This document shows positions 52,601-56,100 of a DNA stretch of 56,100 nt, piece after piece. Made by a program: the position numbers and the translations under genes. The stretch is taken from the NCBI GenBank assembly GCA_000442015.1, contig KE560559.1, positions 1 to 56,100 on the forward strand, read 5' to 3'. A model generated the notes under the pieces. That model saw only the letters and a program-made list of their open reading frames with translations. It did not search any database and was not told where the DNA came from. Within the stretch, counting starts at the first letter, position 1. Each line of letters opens with the position of its first letter. The stretch comes from Rozella allomycis CSF55 (taxonomy: Eukaryota).

Positions 52601-53988
52601 TGAATTTACTTGTGAATGTCAAAGTCAACCAACAACTCAAAACTTGGCAAAATCAATTTAATTTCAGTGCCATTTTGATTCTCATTTGACATTTGTTTAA
52701 AACTCTTGGAAAGGTTTCCAATTCTCTCTAAAACATTTTCTGTCAAATGAAAAAATACAGAATCCAATTCAACTTTAATCAAATTATGGTCCATTACATC
52801 TCCTCGTTAAATTTATTAATCTCAATTACGAGTCGCAACAAATTGTGGAAATTTCGCATTTCTAAATTCAAGCAAGGGTGAATCATCCAAAAATACTGAA
52901 ATTTTATTTGATATAAATTCATTTAATTCTCCACACATCAAAATACAATCTTCAAATTCAAAATAAAATTCAGAAATTTTAATCTTTAACAGTTTAGATT
53001 TAACCGTCAAGTTGAGAAATGATTCAGTTCTCAAATTGTACGTTGAATTCACAAGCGAAAGATAATTTGGATCTTCTTCATACTCAATCGATTCATTGTA
53101 CAACGCTGTATGAAATGAAGCCAACGATGCTAAACTCTCTCTCATCCAAATTTCTGCTCCTCCAATTCCTTTTCTTCTTTGAAATGAATTTGTCAAATTA
53201 ATCAATTTAATGATATCATCGATTGAAGCATTAATTTGTGGATCATTAACCGTAGCGTTAACATCTACATGACCATTCAAGTGCATTCTCAAGGTGCTCC
53301 CCAAAGACTTTGCCGATAAAATAGTCTTTTCATTCAGCTTTACATTGATTTCTTTCATTTCAACATTAAATGAATTGCTAGATTTAATCCTAGTAATATT
53401 AATATGATCAATTTCCACAGAAATGGTTTGACTCTCCAACCTTATATTAATTCTCAAATTATGCAATTTTAGAAAGAGCTTATCTATTATTTGATCTATC
53501 CACTCGCTCACTGATTTAATGACATGTTCAGTTTCCATCATTTCTTCATTCTCCGATTCTTCATATTGAAATGTATAGTCAAAGAATGGATCTCTCAATA
53601 TCACATCATCTTTCTCTATAACTCTTTCTTCATCCGTCTTTGCGGTGAACAAAATATCAATATTCTTCAAACACAACGATATTGATTCCCCAGTATCGCT
53701 CCACAAACTTGTCCAAGGAATAGAAAACTCGGCTGTTTCTACACTTCCTTTTTCATACTTTAAAAACTCACTATCAGTAAACAACTAGGAAAAAGATCCA
53801 AAAAGATGTACTTTGGGGTTGATTTTCAAGCCATTCAAGTGTAATTTACCACTCGTAAGCTGCAAAGACAATTCATGTGTATCTGGAATTCCAATCAACA
53901 ATTTGCCAATAATGCGTTCAAGTAAGAATTTTATAAATTGGTTCTGCTTGAAATAAATGTAACAACATACCTGAGATGCCTTGATCAT
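49618..53988 (-). CDS. ATG2: Autophagy lipid-transfer protein Atg2; about 13 introns
   Basis: Chorein-N region (FLLERIIGKLL...SIPWTSLW); VCADSLHSL; HLDQDTLKFL; VDYKPKGID; NIGKGLVDLIILP; SKFASPP; VVVLKPAIG...LLGIRGSIDP. Confidence 0.9.
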
Positions 53989-54145
53989 GTTATATGTCAA
54001 TCAGATCCTTTGACTTGGCTAAATGAATTAAGATTTGAGACATTTACTGAACCTTAAATTCAGGAAAAATAATGGAAGTTTACCACACGACTAATTAAAA
54101 AAAAAGAAAAATGATTGAAGTTTACGACCCGGGCACAGAAAACGA

Positions 54146-54499
54146 TTAATTTTGGGTTGGTACTTTGAGAGCAATGTAATTCTTTATTGAATCGTTTAAT
54201 TCCTTTGATTCCTCAAATCCAGGCGTGTCAACAATATTCAATGCTTTTCTTTCATATGAACAAGGGTATATTGTTAAATCTGCCTCTCTCAAATTTTCAC
54301 TCAATCTCTCATATTTTTTATCTTTGGAATTTAAATCGAATAGACTATGAAGAACTTTTACGATGGTTGACTTTCCTGCACAATTGTGCCCGAACATAAG
54401 AACATTAAAAGGGCGATTACAGGCCTCATTTTTAACAGGTATAGCAACAAAAAAGTGAACCAAGCAACAAAAAATCCCTGCAAGAAGAATTTTTTTCAT
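54146..54499 (-). CDS. Signal-peptide-bearing TRAFAC GTPase fragment (G1 and G3 only); possibly truncated or a pseudogene
   Basis: MKKILLAGIFCCLVHFFVA; NVLMFGHNCAGKST; LNIVDTPGF; no G4 motif found before the ATG2 start. Confidence 0.6.
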   Translation of the reverse strand: MKKILLAGIFCCLVHFFVAIPVKNEACNRPFNVLMFGHNCAGKSTIVKVLHSLFDLNSKDKKYERLSENLREADLTIYPCSYERKALNIVDTPGFEESKELNDSIKNYIALKVPTQN

Positions 54500-54637
54500 C
54501 TTTTTGCCAGGGTATGGAATTATTGATATTAGATATTCATGAAATCATCAACTATTTTCCCATTAAGATTTTAGCATTTCTCACTTAATGAAATATCGAA
54601 TAATAAAGTATGTGCCAAAATCTTATATCGAAATTTC

Positions 54638-55306
54638 ATGCTGAAATTCGCCAATATCAACTCTGTTGCATTTTTACTTTGCGATATCCAAGAGAAATTT
54701 AGACCAGCTATATATGATTTTAATAGCGTCGTGCGTGTTGCTGATAGAATGGTATTTGTAAACGCGAAATATTTCTAGGTCAAAGCTGCTTCAATTTTAA
54801 AGCGTCCATTAATTGTTACTGAACAAGTAATTTCACATCTTTCTTTAGAACAGTATCCAAAAGGTTTAGGCTCAACAGTAAAAGAAATTGACATCAAGTC
54901 CGCAAAACTATTTTCCAAAACCAAATTCTCGATGCTCACAGATGACGTGAAGAAGGAAATAGCTAATATTAACGATATTTGCCTATTTGGCATCGAGGTA
55001 ATTATTTGCTTTATGATTAAATGTCACATGTTTGTGTTTACCAAACGGCATTTGATTTATTGAATGAGGGAAAAAATGTCTTTTTATTAGCAGATGGCAT
55101 AAGTTCCAGATATAAAGAGGAAAAATATTTGGCCTTGTCAGTAACAGAGAGACTTAAAGCAACACTAGCAATTACAACATGCAGGGGCCCAAGTAATTTC
55201 AAGCGAATGCCTTTTATTCCAATTGTTAAAGGGTTCGGACCATCCAAACTTTAAGGATATATCAAATTTAGTTAAGAGCACTGACCCCATTAAAATAAAC
55301 TCTTGA
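54638..55306 (+). CDS. Isochorismatase-domain protein (ISOC1/2-like); 4 introns, one GT-TG
   Basis: LCDIQEKFRPAI; VTEQYPKGLGST; KTKFSM; FGIESHVCVYQT; DGISSR; SECLLFQL..HPNFK. Confidence 0.93.
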
Positions 55307-55368
55307 TGTTTTGATTAATCAAAGTTTGGTGAATTTATATACCCGCTTAGCAACGTTCCCCACAAACA

Positions 55369-56100
<732 letters not shown>

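Overview
AT-rich, very gene-dense eukaryotic nuclear DNA from a flagellated, early-diverging fungal lineage. Flagellar genes, fungal-type Nca2/Dbf2/Pep4, introns of mostly 26-30 nt and tiny intergenic gaps fit Rozella allomycis (Cryptomycota/Rozellomycota); this identification is an inference. About 40 protein-coding genes were traced by hand through roughly 130 tiny spliceosomal introns. I found no rRNA, tRNA, CRISPR array or intact transposon. Main signal: four conserved genes (Vps41, a Cdc24-type OB-fold protein, DNALI1, an isochorismatase) give an intact protein only if a normal-length intron with a normal GT donor ends at a non-AG acceptor (CG, TG, GG, TG). Two more candidates exist. This suggests length-guided splicing that keeps the terminal G but relaxes the -2 A. 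Other notable items: a G-alpha with a natural P-loop Gly-to-Gln change, a solo retrotransposon-ORF1-like gene, a large toxin/effector-like ORF, a signal-peptide GTPase fragment, a Tom7 gene missing from the ORF track, a GAAATTTC start-proximal motif and stop-coupled poly(A) signals. Family assignments come from motif recognition, not database searches.
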